64,000 nt of DNA from Vulcanimicrobiota bacterium (GTDB taxonomy: Bacteria > Vulcanimicrobiota > Vulcanimicrobiia > Vulcanimicrobiales > Vulcanimicrobiaceae). Of this stretch, positions 33,386-43,986 are shown piece by piece. Under the pieces are notes generated by a model that saw nothing but the letters and a program-made list of their open reading frames with translations, had not been told where the DNA came from and searched no databases. The translations under genes were made by a program, and so were the position numbers. How positions within the stretch are numbered: position 1 is the stretch's first letter; the number at the start of each line of letters is the position of its first letter. The stretch is taken from positions 2,784,001 through 2,848,000 of the forward strand of contig OY970223.1 of assembly GCA_963714015.1 (NCBI GenBank), in the 5' to 3' direction.

Positions 33386-35210
33386 AGTCGAACGTTGGCC
33401 TCTACAAACTCCATGAGATCCGCCGCCGATGCCGCTACGGTTTGTCGAGCGGTTTCGATGACGAGGTCGGGTGATTGCGGCGGCTCGTAAGGGGAGGATA
33501 CGCCCGTAAAATTCGCAATTTCGCCCGAGCGCGCCCTGCGATACAAACCGCTGGAGTCGCGATGCTCCGCCGTTTCAATATCGCAAGAAATGTATATCTC
33601 GAAAAAGCGCGCAGGGTAAGCTGCCCGAGCACGCTGCCTATCGGCTGCAAACGGCGAGATAAAGGCGCAAAGCACAATCTGACCTGCCTCTGCAAGAAGC
33701 GCAGCCACTGACGCAGCGCGGCGAACGTTTTCGGTCCGGTCGTCGTCTGTAAAGCCCAAATCGATGTTCAAAGACGTACGCAGCGTCTCACCGTCCAGTA
33801 CAAAAGCCTGACGTCCCCGATCGAAAAGCATCCGCTGCACCGTCATAGCAATCGTCGATTTGCCCGCCCGCGGCAATCCCGTCAACCAGAAGATCCCGCC
33901 TGAATGGCCGTTCCGGCGAGCACGTTCTTGCGCGGGTACCGATGATTTCTGTGCAATAACGTCGGTGGCTCCCTGCGAGCGGGGACGTCCGATAACCGAT
34001 CGTACGCGGCCCCCCGCCACGACGGCAAGATCGCGAACGAGAACGAAGCGCCCTATGCTCGAAGCGAGGCTCTCATCGTCGGCGGCGATTAACTCGTGTG
34101 CGGTCAGGGTTATGACGGCTACGTCGCCGCTCCCGACGTGATCCCGCTGGACCGGCTCCATTGTGTCGGGATCAATAACCTCGTTCACGCGTTGAATAGA
34201 GACTGGAATCTCTCGCGTTCCTAAACGCATTCGAAGCGGTATGCTCGGTTCGAGCGCTTGTTGCGAAAGCCAAACAATCTCCGCCTGCATAGCGTGTCCC
34301 AGCGACGGCTGGTCACCTGCCAGCGTGCCTACCGCGCCGCGATCGACGAATATGCGCTCGTCGAGTTCGATAGCGATTGATTGACCGGCAACGGCTTCAT
34401 CGTCGTCTTGAGGCCAGGAGGCGATGCGCTTGACAGTCGCGGAAGTCTGCAGCGGCCAAAAAATAAGACGATCGCCCTTACGAACTCTACCTGCACCGAC
34501 GCGCCCCGCGATGAAGCGCGTGCCTTCACGGCGATACACATCCTGGACGATGAACCGAAGCGACGCGTTTACCGGAGCCGATTGGGCATGCACTTCCTCG
34601 AGAGCATCGAGGAAACTCGAACCCTTCCACCATGTGTACGCCAGTGACTTTTCAGCAATGTTTTCACCGCTTCGTCCGGCTATCGGAACGATGGCCGACG
34701 CTTGCAGGCCCAAGTGTTGCAGGAAAGATTCAACCTCGGCGCGCCTTCGTTCGAAAGCTCTTGGGGATCCTCGGCAAGATCCAACTTGTTGATTGCGACC
34801 AAAACCGATTCGAAGCCGAACCACCGCAGAAAAAGCGCCTGGCGCCGGGTTTGAAATGTTATCCCTTCATCCGCGGCTACGACCATGACCGCTGCGTCGA
34901 CCTCCGATGCGCCGCTGAGCAAATTACGGATCAGCTCGCGGTGCCCGGGCGCATCCACGAAAACGTAATCCCTGGTGGCGGTATGCAACCAGACGCGGGT
35001 TATATCGAGAGTTATTGCCTGATCTCGTTCGACCTGGAAGGCGTCGAGCAAGAACGAATATTCGATCGGAACGCCGCGCTTTGCACTCGAGCTTTCGAGC
35101 TCCGCGAGTTTATCCGGCGTCACCTCGCCTAAATCGACGAGCAGACGTCCAAGAATCGTGGATTTGCCCGCGTCCACGTCGCCGACCATGACGATTCGGA
35201 CTTGCTTCAC
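33382..35210 (-). CDS. cysNC: Bifunctional sulfate adenylyltransferase subunit 1 / adenylyl-sulfate kinase; frameshift near 34765
   Basis: GDVDAGKST, DAPGH, INKLD GTPase motifs; C-terminal WLTGLPRAGKST, DLGF..DRTEN, FTGVSSPYEPP. Confidence 0.9.
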
Positions 35211-36016
35211 ATGTAACCCGACGTACGCAGTCGTTCAAATGTGTCTTCGCTCTCGTTGTCCATTGTGCGCCCCGCCCGCTCCGGCTCGCGCGTCTCTTCC
35301 AACTCTTCGATTATAGCGTCGAGCGTCGTAGCGTTACTCGCAATCGGAACGGTAATGTTACTCTCACCGAGCGAGCGAAAGCGCAGTCCCTCGCGGGCAA
35401 GGTACAGCGGCACGTACGGGATGGCCTCACGACGCGTATAGCGCCAGATGTCGAGCTCGGTCCATTGCAGCAACGGATGAATCCGCACGTGGGCGCCATC
35501 GGGTACATCGTAAGGAAAATAGTCCCAAAGCTCAGGCGGTTGAGAGCGCGGATCCCAGGAGCCGTCGGCATTCCTCGGACTGAAGATCCGTTCTTTGGCG
35601 CGGATAGCCTGCTCGTCTCTGCGTATGCCTAGGATCAGCCCCCGATACCCTTCGCGTGCCAAGAGTTTGCGAAGGCCGGCGGTCTTGCGTGCAGCGTGCC
35701 GTGCTGCGGGCGGCAAGGTCGGATCGACCTCGGACTCCGGCGGGCACTCTTCGTTTAGTATCGGCAAGTTCCACGAGCGCACCAGCTCGTCCCGGAATCG
35801 ATACACTTCAGGAAATTCCATTCCCGTATCCAACAGCACGACCGGAAAAGGAATCTCGCCAAGAAAGGCCTTTCTGACCATCCACAGCAATGCAGTGCTG
35901 TCTTTGCCAATCGACCAGAGCATCGCCACCGGAGCGACGCAGGCAAATGCCTCACGCAGGATGTACACCGTCCTGGCCTCGAGTTCGTCGAGGTCGTCGA
36001 GGGCCGCACGTGTCAT
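35207..36016 (-). CDS. cysD: Sulfate adenylyltransferase subunit 2
   Basis: WSIGKDS, GIRRDE..RAKERIFSPR, RIHPLLQWTELDIW, ends LRTSGYM. Confidence 0.95.
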   Translation of the reverse strand: MTRAALDDLDELEARTVYILREAFACVAPVAMLWSIGKDSTALLWMVRKAFLGEIPFPVVLLDTGMEFPEVYRFRDELVRSWNLPILNEECPPESEVDPTLPPAARHAARKTAGLRKLLAREGYRGLILGIRRDEQAIRAKERIFSPRNADGSWDPRSQPPELWDYFPYDVPDGAHVRIHPLLQWTELDIWRYTRREAIPYVPLYLAREGLRFRSLGESNITVPIASNATTLDAIIEELEETREPERAGRTMDNESEDTFERLRTSGYM

Positions 36017-36137
36017 TATTGTCCGCGTTCGTTCGAACGCTTCGCAGTCATTCCTTCGCTTTAACCTCGCCCGGCTTACTGCCCACGTGGCGTCCGGACG
36101 CAGGCGAATGCCCTTTCAACTGACGCAGTAGGATCTG

Positions 36138-37298
36138 ATGCCGATAACCGACCCCGAAAGGGACAGAATTCCATTCAACCGTCCCTTCACCACGGGCCGC
36201 GAGTGGGAGTACATGTCGGATTCGATTGCGCGCGCGCACATCTCCGGAGACGGCTATTATACAAAGGCCTGTCACAGGCTGCTCGAGGAAGCACTGCCGG
36301 CGCACCGAGCACTGCTTACCACCAGTTGCACGCACGCTTTGGAGATGACGGCACTTCTTCTGGATTTGTCGCCCGGTGACGAGATCATCATGCCGGCATT
36401 TACGTTCGTGTCTACAGCGAATGCGTATGCGCTCCGCGGGGCAAAACCGATCTTTGTAGACGTACGCGCCGACACTCTCAACCTGAACGAACGCCTGGTC
36501 GAACGGGCGATAACGCCTCGCACCAAAGCGGTCGTCGCCGTTCACTACGCAGGCGTCGGATGCGAGATGGAAACCTTGCTGAACGTCTGCCGTGACCATG
36601 GAGTGGAGCTCATAGAAGACAACGCACACGGCTTGTTCGGAAAATACGGTGGAAAATCGCTCGGCACTTTCGGCGCGATGGCGACGCAAAGTTTTCACGA
36701 AACGAAGAACTTCATGTGCGGCGAGGGAGGAGCGCTGATCTTCAACGACGCCCGATTCACCGATCGGGCTGAGATCCTTCGAGAAAAAGGAACGGACCGG
36801 AGCCGTTTTTTCCGCGGCCAGGTCGACAAGTACTCTTGGGTCGACCTCGGATCGAGCTACCTCCCCTCCGATATTCTGGCCGCGTTTTTGCTGGCGCAGT
36901 TGGAGTCGCGGGATCGCATTCAAGCGATCCGGCGCCGTATCTGGGAAAACTACGCGAGCGGTTTGACGCACTGGGCGGCACGGTACGGCATCGCGCTTCC
37001 GACTGTTCCGCAAGAGTGCGAACAGTCGTACCATCTGTTTTACCTGCTGATGCCGAGCTTTGACGATCGCCAAGTACTCATTTCACACCTCAAGGAGCAC
37101 TCGATCAATGCCGTCTTTCACTACCTGCCGCTAAATAGATCCGAGATGGCGCGACGCTTGGGCGCCGTAGCCGACTGTCCTGTGACGGAAAACGTGAGCG
37201 ATCGCCTAGTTCGACTGCCGTTTCACAACGAACTGAGCGAAGAACAGCAGGCGCGGGTTATTGAAGCGATTTGCGAGTTCCGGCCTAACCGGCTTTGA
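36138..37298 (+). CDS. rffA: dTDP-4-amino-4,6-dideoxygalactose transaminase family
   Basis: TTSCTHALEM, SFHETKN, EKGTDRSRFFRGQVDKYSW, VFHYLPL. Confidence 0.93.
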   Translation: MPITDPERDRIPFNRPFTTGREWEYMSDSIARAHISGDGYYTKACHRLLEEALPAHRALLTTSCTHALEMTALLLDLSPGDEIIMPAFTFVSTANAYALRGAKPIFVDVRADTLNLNERLVERAITPRTKAVVAVHYAGVGCEMETLLNVCRDHGVELIEDNAHGLFGKYGGKSLGTFGAMATQSFHETKNFMCGEGGALIFNDARFTDRAEILREKGTDRSRFFRGQVDKYSWVDLGSSYLPSDILAAFLLAQLESRDRIQAIRRRIWENYASGLTHWAARYGIALPTVPQECEQSYHLFYLLMPSFDDRQVLISHLKEHSINAVFHYLPLNRSEMARRLGAVADCPVTENVSDRLVRLPFHNELSEEQQARVIEAICEFRPNRL

Positions 37299-38172
37299 TC
37301 GCGCTCTCGGTAGTGGCCTGCGGAGCATTGAGCGCCAGCAGTTTGCGGCTGAAGGCCACGTTCACCTTGAAAAGTTCGCAGAGCATGTTGGCTTGAGCTC
37401 GATCGCGGCGCTTGAGCGCGTCGTATAATTCGCGGGCGAACGGCAGCAGGCAGGCGTCGCCGCTCGAATCGTGGTGGCGCAGCTGCTCGGCAACGAATTG
37501 AGCCGTTACGGCCTGCAGCGCCTCGGCGGAAGGCACGTCAAAGCCTAAAGCTTCGATCATCTCGGTTGCCTGTTCGATCGGCTCGGTAAACCACCGGCCG
37601 TACTCGACAATGGCTTGCAGTCTGTCGCCTAAGTAAGACAACGCGTCGACGTAGTGCTCCAGCCAAAGCAGCTCGGAATAGACGGGATTGACCATCTCGC
37701 GGGCGTAAAGCGACTTGGCGACGTCACGCGGATGACGGACCACTAGAACGTAGCGCGGGTTCAGATGCAGCTCTCTAAAAATCTCGTCCCAGAGCGGCAG
37801 TAATCGCGCCGTGCGCGGATCCTTGAAACCCCACGTGCCCGGAGCGCGCATGACTTCGCCGCGAACCAGATCGGTCAATTGCCGTTTGAACGGCTGCACT
37901 TGCGGCAGGTTCCACCACATCGACGGAAACGGCTTCAGGCTCTCGCTGCTGTTCCAGGCTTGGCCGATGCTCGCCAGGATGTCATCGTGGATCTTTGCGA
38001 TCGTGAGCGACTCGAAATAGCCCATTGCATTGTGCTGCGTTGCCGGCATCAGGTCTTCGCTCAGCGAAACACCCAGCGCGTTCAGCATACCCGTCGTGAG
38101 CGATGTGCCCGACCGATGCATCCCCAACACGACCACAACGGGACGGGAACCGTTCGACGAATGCTCTGACAC
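37285..38172 (-). CDS. Sulfotransferase family protein
   Basis: GMHRSGTS 5'-PSB loop, WGFKDPR, VRHPRDVAKSL 3'-PB motif. Confidence 0.85.
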   Translation of the reverse strand: MSEHSSNGSRPVVVVLGMHRSGTSLTTGMLNALGVSLSEDLMPATQHNAMGYFESLTIAKIHDDILASIGQAWNSSESLKPFPSMWWNLPQVQPFKRQLTDLVRGEVMRAPGTWGFKDPRTARLLPLWDEIFRELHLNPRYVLVVRHPRDVAKSLYAREMVNPVYSELLWLEHYVDALSYLGDRLQAIVEYGRWFTEPIEQATEMIEALGFDVPSAEALQAVTAQFVAEQLRHHDSSGDACLLPFARELYDALKRRDRAQANMLCELFKVNVAFSRKLLALNAPQATTESAIKAG

Positions 38173-38215
38173 GATGATTTACTCTCCTTTGCGCCCGAGT
38201 AAGGGCACAATGACT

Positions 38216-38243
38216 TTATCGGCCCGAGTCTAAGTAAGGGTTA
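38216..38243 (-). promoter_or_regulatory. Sigma-28 promoter of sulfotransferase
   Basis: TAAC-N16-GCCGATAA, followed by AAAGGAG SD and GTG 38172. Confidence 0.65.
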
Positions 38244-38248
38244 GCCTC

Positions 38249-39169
38249 ATGCCGGCCTTGTACTACAAGCATTTCGGACTCGAACGCGATCCGTTTTTAG
38301 ATACGGCCGATCCGTATTTTTACTGCGAACTGGGTCCGTTCCGTAAAGCCAAGGATCGGCTGACCGGTTCCGTCGGCCAGTCTCGCGGTCTCACCGTCGT
38401 GCTGGGCGAACCCGGCACCGGTAAGACCAGTCTATCCGGTGCACTCGAGCAAGATCTGCTGCAAGACGATAAGATCGTGCTCGGTAAAATTCTCGATCCG
38501 ACGTTCGCCACGGAGGTCGAGTTTTTGATTGCCATTGGGCGCGTCTTCGGGCTGTCGCTTCCTGCCCGGTCGAGCGCCGCGCTTAAAAACGCCTTGAAAA
38601 ACTTGTTTTTCGAAACGGCAGTGCTCGAGGACCGTTTGCTGGTGCTTACGATCGACGAAGCGCAAAATCTCACTGACGAAGGGCTCGAAGCGCTGCGCAT
38701 GCTGCTCAATTATCAAGTGCCGCAAAAGAAGCTGCTGAACATTCTGCTCTTCGGACAAACCGAACTGGAGGCGAGAATCGCGGCACGGCAAAACTTAGCC
38801 GACCGCGTCGACACCTGGATTCGGCTGCAACCGCTGGACGAGGCAATGAGCGGGGCGGTTTTGGACTACCGTCTCACGCAGGCCGGCCTTGCTCCGGGCG
38901 AACGCATCATCACGCCGGAGGCACGCAGTCTGCTCGCGGCAGCATCGGGCGGGCTGGTTCGGCGGCTTACCGTGCTCGCACACCTTTCCATGGAAGAGGC
39001 GGCCGACCGCGCGAGCACGCTGGTGCGCGAGGAGCACGTTCAGGCCGCCATAGCCGCGCGCGGCCTGGATGCCGGCGCCGTGCGCTCGAAGCTTGCAGGG
39101 GCCTCATCGAACGGCTCGCACCGCGGATTCTGGGAACGACTGCTCGAACGGCTCGGCCTTCACTCATGA
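38249..39169 (+). CDS. ExeA/GspA-like AAA ATPase
   Basis: YYKHFGLERDPF, GEPGTGKT, IDEAQNL, LFGQTEL. Confidence 0.9.
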   Translation: MPALYYKHFGLERDPFLDTADPYFYCELGPFRKAKDRLTGSVGQSRGLTVVLGEPGTGKTSLSGALEQDLLQDDKIVLGKILDPTFATEVEFLIAIGRVFGLSLPARSSAALKNALKNLFFETAVLEDRLLVLTIDEAQNLTDEGLEALRMLLNYQVPQKKLLNILLFGQTELEARIAARQNLADRVDTWIRLQPLDEAMSGAVLDYRLTQAGLAPGERIITPEARSLLAAASGGLVRRLTVLAHLSMEEAADRASTLVREEHVQAAIAARGLDAGAVRSKLAGASSNGSHRGFWERLLERLGLHS

Positions 39170-40686
39170 AACCGCGGCGTGAACCGAATTTCAGCAAGAG
39201 CGCAGACATGCGTCTCGTGGAGCTTCAAAGAGAATCGTTGGGGGTTCCGCTTCCCGAACGCGTCTGGCAATCCGCCGAAACCGAAGAGGAGGGCGATACG
39301 CCCGAGACGCCGCCTAAACTCGAGAGCGCGGTGATCGCTTGCGAGGCCTCCGCTACGCCGGCTTCCGGCGTCATTCCGGGCGCCATCGTCACGATATCGG
39401 TGACGGTTCTGAACGAAGGCGCCGCACCCGCCGAGCGCGTCAGGGTTACGGTGCCGCTGCCGGGCGGCGCTTCCTACCGCAACGGATCGTTCGTTCAAGA
39501 CGGGCGCCCGCTGCTGGACGACTTCGCCGAAAAACTCTTCACGATCGGCATTCTACTGCCCGACGTTCCGCCTAAGACCCGGCACACGTTTCTATGGAAA
39601 GTCGGCGTGCGAATCGGGAACAAGCCTTTGGTGATTGCACCGCACGTTACCGGAAAAGACACCGCCGTCATCGGCGCCGAGCCCGTCATCGTCGCGCGCA
39701 AGGAAGGCGCGCAGACGACGTTCTCCGGGGAGATCGCTCGAGCTGACCCGGCGCTCGCTGTGCCCCAGCGGTCCGAGACCTCTGAACTCCCGTTCTACGA
39801 GCTCGATTCGGAAGAGACCCTGGAGCATGAAGCAGCACAGGCGGCTCTCTCGCCGATCGGGCAGTACGAACCGGTCCAACGGCCGCCGGTCGAACCCGTG
39901 CCGGCGCCTGCACAGCCTGAGCCGCTTCCGGCACCGGACCAGCCTGCGCCGGTTCAGGAGCCGGGCACGCCGGTGACCGAGCCGGAGATTCCGCCTCCTC
40001 CGCAGCAGCCGCCCGACGTCGAGCCGGCTGCGCGCGAAGCGGTCGTTCTATCAGGCCGGATCGACCGGCCGTCGGTGGCGTATTTCGACCGAATTTTCAC
40101 CGGCACAAAAGCCCCGACGCTGCTGAGCCATTTCATTCTGGGCGGCGCGCTTGCGTGCACCAACTCGAGCTCCGGGGAAGACGTCGCCGCCCTAAAGAGT
40201 CATCTCAACGCGCAGAGTCAACTGCTGCAGCGCATCGTTCTGCACGAGAAGCTCGGCAAAAAGGAACCGATCGCGGAATACGCCGGAACGCTGCTCGCGC
40301 AAGTCGATCGTCTGGTTTCTGAGCCCGTACCGCGGTTGACGCCCGACGAAGACAAGAACTCGCTGCTCCTTCAGACCGAGCTGGACAATCCGACGATTGC
40401 CGTGCTGCAGCGCATGCAAGAGGATCGCGCCCGGTGGGATTTTACCAAAGCGCGGCAATTTACGTTGGCCCTGCAAGCTCGCAGCGTCGTTTCAAACGCG
40501 CCTTCGGATTTCGTCGAGCGAGCGGATGCCGCGCTTCGCGCATACGCGCAAACTGCAACGACGCAGCTTCAGCGCTTTTTCGTTCGCATGCGGATCGATC
40601 GCACCACCGGTCTTCTCTACGTGCAGGACGAAACGCTCGATAGCGCGGCCCGCACGCTCGTCGAAGCGTTGACCGCGCTATTTTAG
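39166..40686 (+). CDS. Hypothetical protein with DUF11-like beta domain, Pro-rich linker and helical C-terminus
   Basis: PGAIVTISVTVLNEG...VPLPGGASYRNGS; ATGA overlap with ATPase. Confidence 0.6.
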   Translation: MKPRREPNFSKSADMRLVELQRESLGVPLPERVWQSAETEEEGDTPETPPKLESAVIACEASATPASGVIPGAIVTISVTVLNEGAAPAERVRVTVPLPGGASYRNGSFVQDGRPLLDDFAEKLFTIGILLPDVPPKTRHTFLWKVGVRIGNKPLVIAPHVTGKDTAVIGAEPVIVARKEGAQTTFSGEIARADPALAVPQRSETSELPFYELDSEETLEHEAAQAALSPIGQYEPVQRPPVEPVPAPAQPEPLPAPDQPAPVQEPGTPVTEPEIPPPPQQPPDVEPAAREAVVLSGRIDRPSVAYFDRIFTGTKAPTLLSHFILGGALACTNSSSGEDVAALKSHLNAQSQLLQRIVLHEKLGKKEPIAEYAGTLLAQVDRLVSEPVPRLTPDEDKNSLLLQTELDNPTIAVLQRMQEDRARWDFTKARQFTLALQARSVVSNAPSDFVERADAALRAYAQTATTQLQRFFVRMRIDRTTGLLYVQDETLDSAARTLVEALTALF

Positions 40687-40693
40687 GTTTGAA

Positions 40694-41098
40694 TTACTGA
40701 TACTGATTGAGTGAAGCCAGGCGCGAACGGCGCTGTTCGGGGTTGCTCATAGTGCGCAGCGCGATCTTCCAGCGGGACATCAAACGCAGCCGTTCGGCAA
40801 CGGTCTCGTTGAACTGCTGAAGTCTGACCATTTGATTTTGACGAATGGCATGAATGTACCGGATTCGCTGAAATACGGCGCGGTCGAAACCTTCGTCGCG
40901 GACGCCGCGCGCCTCGTCCATGGCATTTCCCAGCGCGTGCGTCAAGCGTCTGGAGTCGACGATTGCAGCGTCCAGGTCCGCCCAGCGGCGGCGCATCATG
41001 GCCGCTTCCATCCTGCCGCAAAGCGCTTCGAGCGCGCCGAGCTCGGCTTCGACGGCGGCGAGCAAAGGCTCGTAGTTGACCTTAACCGACTGCTGCAA
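40694..41098 (-). CDS. FliT/FlgN-like helical flagellar chaperone (putative)
   Basis: All-helical 134 aa ORF directly after fliS. Confidence 0.5.
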   Translation of the reverse strand: MQQSVKVNYEPLLAAVEAELGALEALCGRMEAAMMRRRWADLDAAIVDSRRLTHALGNAMDEARGVRDEGFDRAVFQRIRYIHAIRQNQMVRLQQFNETVAERLRLMSRWKIALRTMSNPEQRRSRLASLNQYQ

Positions 41099-41522
41099 AT
41101 CCGCCTCCCGGCGCTTCTTGAAACTCTTGCTGGCGCATCGCTTTGAACTGCGTGACGGCCTGAAGCCACATTTGGCGGTAGTCGCGAAAATCCGGAAGAA
41201 TCCGCTCGACCCGAGCCGGATCTTTCTGCATGTTGGCCAGAACGAGCTCGTGATGCCAAAACTCGTAGACGCGGAACAGATTGCGCGCCACCTCTCCGCC
41301 GATCTCCATGTCCAGCGACCCCATCAGCAAGCAGAGCGCTCGCTGCGCGCGCAGCAGCGCCTTGTGTATGCCTTCGATGTCGCTGCGATCGGTCTGAAGT
41401 TTGTCGAGCGCTTGCGTCGCCGCCAAAACGAGGACGTCGAAGATCTTCACGATCAGGTCTTCTTTCGAAGCCGTGGCGATCGACGTTTCCAGATACTTCT
41501 TGTCCGCGGAGCTCTTCATCAT
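41082..41522 (-). CDS. fliS: Flagellin export chaperone
   Basis: YLETSIATAS, LMGSLDMEIGGEVARNLFRVY, LVLAN. Confidence 0.9.
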   Translation of the reverse strand: MMKSSADKKYLETSIATASKEDLIVKIFDVLVLAATQALDKLQTDRSDIEGIHKALLRAQRALCLLMGSLDMEIGGEVARNLFRVYEFWHHELVLANMQKDPARVERILPDFRDYRQMWLQAVTQFKAMRQQEFQEAPGGGFAAVG

Positions 41523-41538
41523 GTTTCTCGCTGTTGCG

Positions 41539-43561
41539 CTAGCCGCTGCTGCTGCTGCCGCTCTGGAAGAATGAGCCGAGCTGCTGTTGCAGCGCCTGGT
41601 ATCCGGCTATGGCGGACTCGCTTGCGACGAATTCGGCGCGAAGCTGATCGGCCTGCTGGTTAGCGTTGTCTTGAATTTGCGTGACCTGGGTCTGAAGGTT
41701 TTGCACCTGAGACTGGATACCGGCTTCAAACCCTTGCAGCAGTGATTGCGCCGGCGCGGTGCCTAAGAGCGCGGTTGACGTAATCGTTGAAACGCCGGTC
41801 ACTCCGGTCAGGTACGTGCCGATGCTGTTGACGAATCCTTGCGAACCGCTGAACAGGTTCTGTACGGCAGTGGGATCTGCGGCCAATGCCGCTTGCAGCG
41901 TCCCGATGTTCACGGGCTGAAGCTGGCCGTCGGTCCCGTCGACCGTCTGCGTGGAAACCGGGTTGCTGCCGCCGCTGGAATCGTTCGGGCTGTTCGCCTG
42001 CAGCTGCTGGAACGAGCTGTCGAGCTGAAGTCCAATTGAAGCGAGCGAGTTGTACTGTGAAGCCTGGTTGCCGTACAGATTCGAGACCATCGAGACCAGT
42101 TCGTTTTTGATGGTCGAAACGTCCGAATTGTTGTAGAGTACGCCTCCGCCAACCGACTGCGAGATGATTCGCGCCCCCGGTTGGGGACTGCACCACGATC
42201 GGCGGCGCAGTAGCCTTATTGATTTCGCTGATGGCCGCATTGTACGCGGAAACGAACGCGTTTATGGCGGTGACGAGCTGCGTACTGCTTTGCGATACCG
42301 TTACGGTGAAGGCTGTAGACGGGTCGCTGCTTTGCAGATTCAGCGAGATGCCGGGAATAGCATCGGTAACAGAATTACTGTTGCTGTAAACCGTCTGCGG
42401 CACTCCGCCTTGCGCCTGGAACGTCACCTGCGCCTGCGTTCCCAAAGACGTCGTTGCGCCGCTTGCGGTGGTGAGTCCGGCCGCTTGCAGGAAATTGCTG
42501 GTATCGCTCCCCGAGCCCAGCACGATGTTCTGCGGACCGGTATTCTTGTTCGTCAGCGTGATGGAACCGGTGGCGCTGTTGTAGCTCGCGATCACTCCCG
42601 CCGCAGAGGCGTTTATCGCACCGATTACGTCGTACACGTTTTGGCTTGACGTCACGTTGATCTGCACGCCGTTGATCGTGAAGAATCCCGCGGTGACGGG
42701 CGTGACGAAATTGGCGTTCGTTGCCTGACCTTCCGCGTTCGTCGAGTTGAACGAGAGCGATGCGTTGATTCCGCCGACTCCCGCGGTGGCGGTAACGGTT
42801 CCCGAAGATCCGGTGTTCTGCACCTGAGCCTGATCCAGCCGCAGGACTTGAAGCAGATTGCCTGAGTCGCTCGAGGACCCCAGAGCAATCGGATGTCCCG
42901 AGTCCGTAACTTGAACCGTGTCGCCGGCTCCGACCAAACCGATGTTGAACGTGGCGTCGCCGGCGGTATGGACGGCAGTGTTGATGTTGCCCAAAATCGT
43001 GTCGAGCGATTGTGAGGTGACGTCGTACTTGATCTGGACGCCGTCTACGGTGATGACGCCCTGCCCGGAAGACCCGTTCGACGGGGTAATCGCCGCATAG
43101 GAATCGATGAGCGGAACGTTTGCCGCCACCGTGCCGCCGATTGAAGCGTTCTCGGTTTGTCCCATGTTCGCTGCCGACGTCACTTGCGTTGCGGTAGCCA
43201 ATTCGGCCGAGTCGACGACATACGTACCGGGCGTCGCCGCCACGCTGGGGATGCCGGTGGCCGTAGCGATCGACGTGTTCGACGAGATTCCCGCGTAAGA
43301 TTCGTACAACGACTGATCGGACAGAGCCGTAAGCGCGTTCTGCACCGAGGCCAGCATAGCGTTTATCTTGAGCAGTTCCGCGTTAGCTGCATTGAGCGTG
43401 CTGATCTGCGCGTTGATCTGCGTGACGGGCGCAAGCGTCAGAGACGTCAGTTTTTGAATGATCGAGCTGTAGTCGATGCCTGAAACGATTCCGGGAAATG
43501 AAACGGGCGGGACGTTCGTCCCGGGAATGCTCGAACTGGAACCGGAGCTTAATCCCGACAT
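41539..43561 (-). CDS. fliD: Flagellar filament cap protein; frameshift near 42180
   Basis: GIVSGIDYSSIIQKL, SNSNSVTDAIPGISLNL, FVSAYN, LASIGL, LRAEFVASE. Confidence 0.9.
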
Positions 43562-43562
43562 G

Positions 43563-43931
43563 TCAAGCGCTCCGATCGAGCGTCACGCCGCTCTCTTTGT
43601 CGAAAAACTGCGCCATCTGCACCATGACCTCTGCAGGCACCTGCGCGATCTCTTCGCCGGTCTTCGGATCGGTGAAAACGGTCACGATGATATCGGGATC
43701 GTGCACCACGCGATACGAAACGTTCACTGCATCGGGTTGAGGCAGCGCGGAATTCGAACCGAAGATCTTGGCGGCAACGGGCGAGAGCGATCCCTCGTGC
43801 GGCTGCGGCGCGGGTTGAAGACTGCCCGGCGTGCTTGCCGGCAGCGGCTGAGATTGCGGCGCGCCCGAAGCGGCGGCTTCGGGAATCTGCTGCTGACCCG
43901 GCACGCCGGGTACAACAACCTGAACATCCAT
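43563..43931 (-). CDS. flaG: FlaG family protein
   Basis: DPKTGEEIAQVPAEVM..G..LDRSA; immediately upstream of fliD. Confidence 0.8.
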   Translation of the reverse strand: MDVQVVVPGVPGQQQIPEAAASGAPQSQPLPASTPGSLQPAPQPHEGSLSPVAAKIFGSNSALPQPDAVNVSYRVVHDPDIIVTVFTDPKTGEEIAQVPAEVMVQMAQFFDKESGVTLDRSA

Positions 43932-43958
43932 GTCGAGGGCCTCCTACCTTTAATCTGT

Positions 43959-43986
43959 ATTTCGGCGCAAAAACGGCGTCAATTTA
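43959..43986 (-). promoter_or_regulatory. Sigma-28 promoter of flaG-fliD-fliS
   Basis: TAAA-N16-GCCGAAAT, then AGGAGG SD. Confidence 0.7.

Noticed and set aside
33382..36016. Assimilatory sulfate reduction operon
   Set aside because: No PAPS reductase or sulfite reductase in the window; context with a sulfotransferase favours PAPS supply
36140..36147. GCCGATAA at the rffA start as a sigma-28 promoter
   Set aside because: Lies within the first codons and has no -35 at 15-16 nt spacing
39880..40030. Repetitive CCG/GAGCCG tract as tandem repeat or CRISPR
   Set aside because: Encodes a Pro/Glu-rich linker; no constant repeat-spacer periodicity and no cas genes
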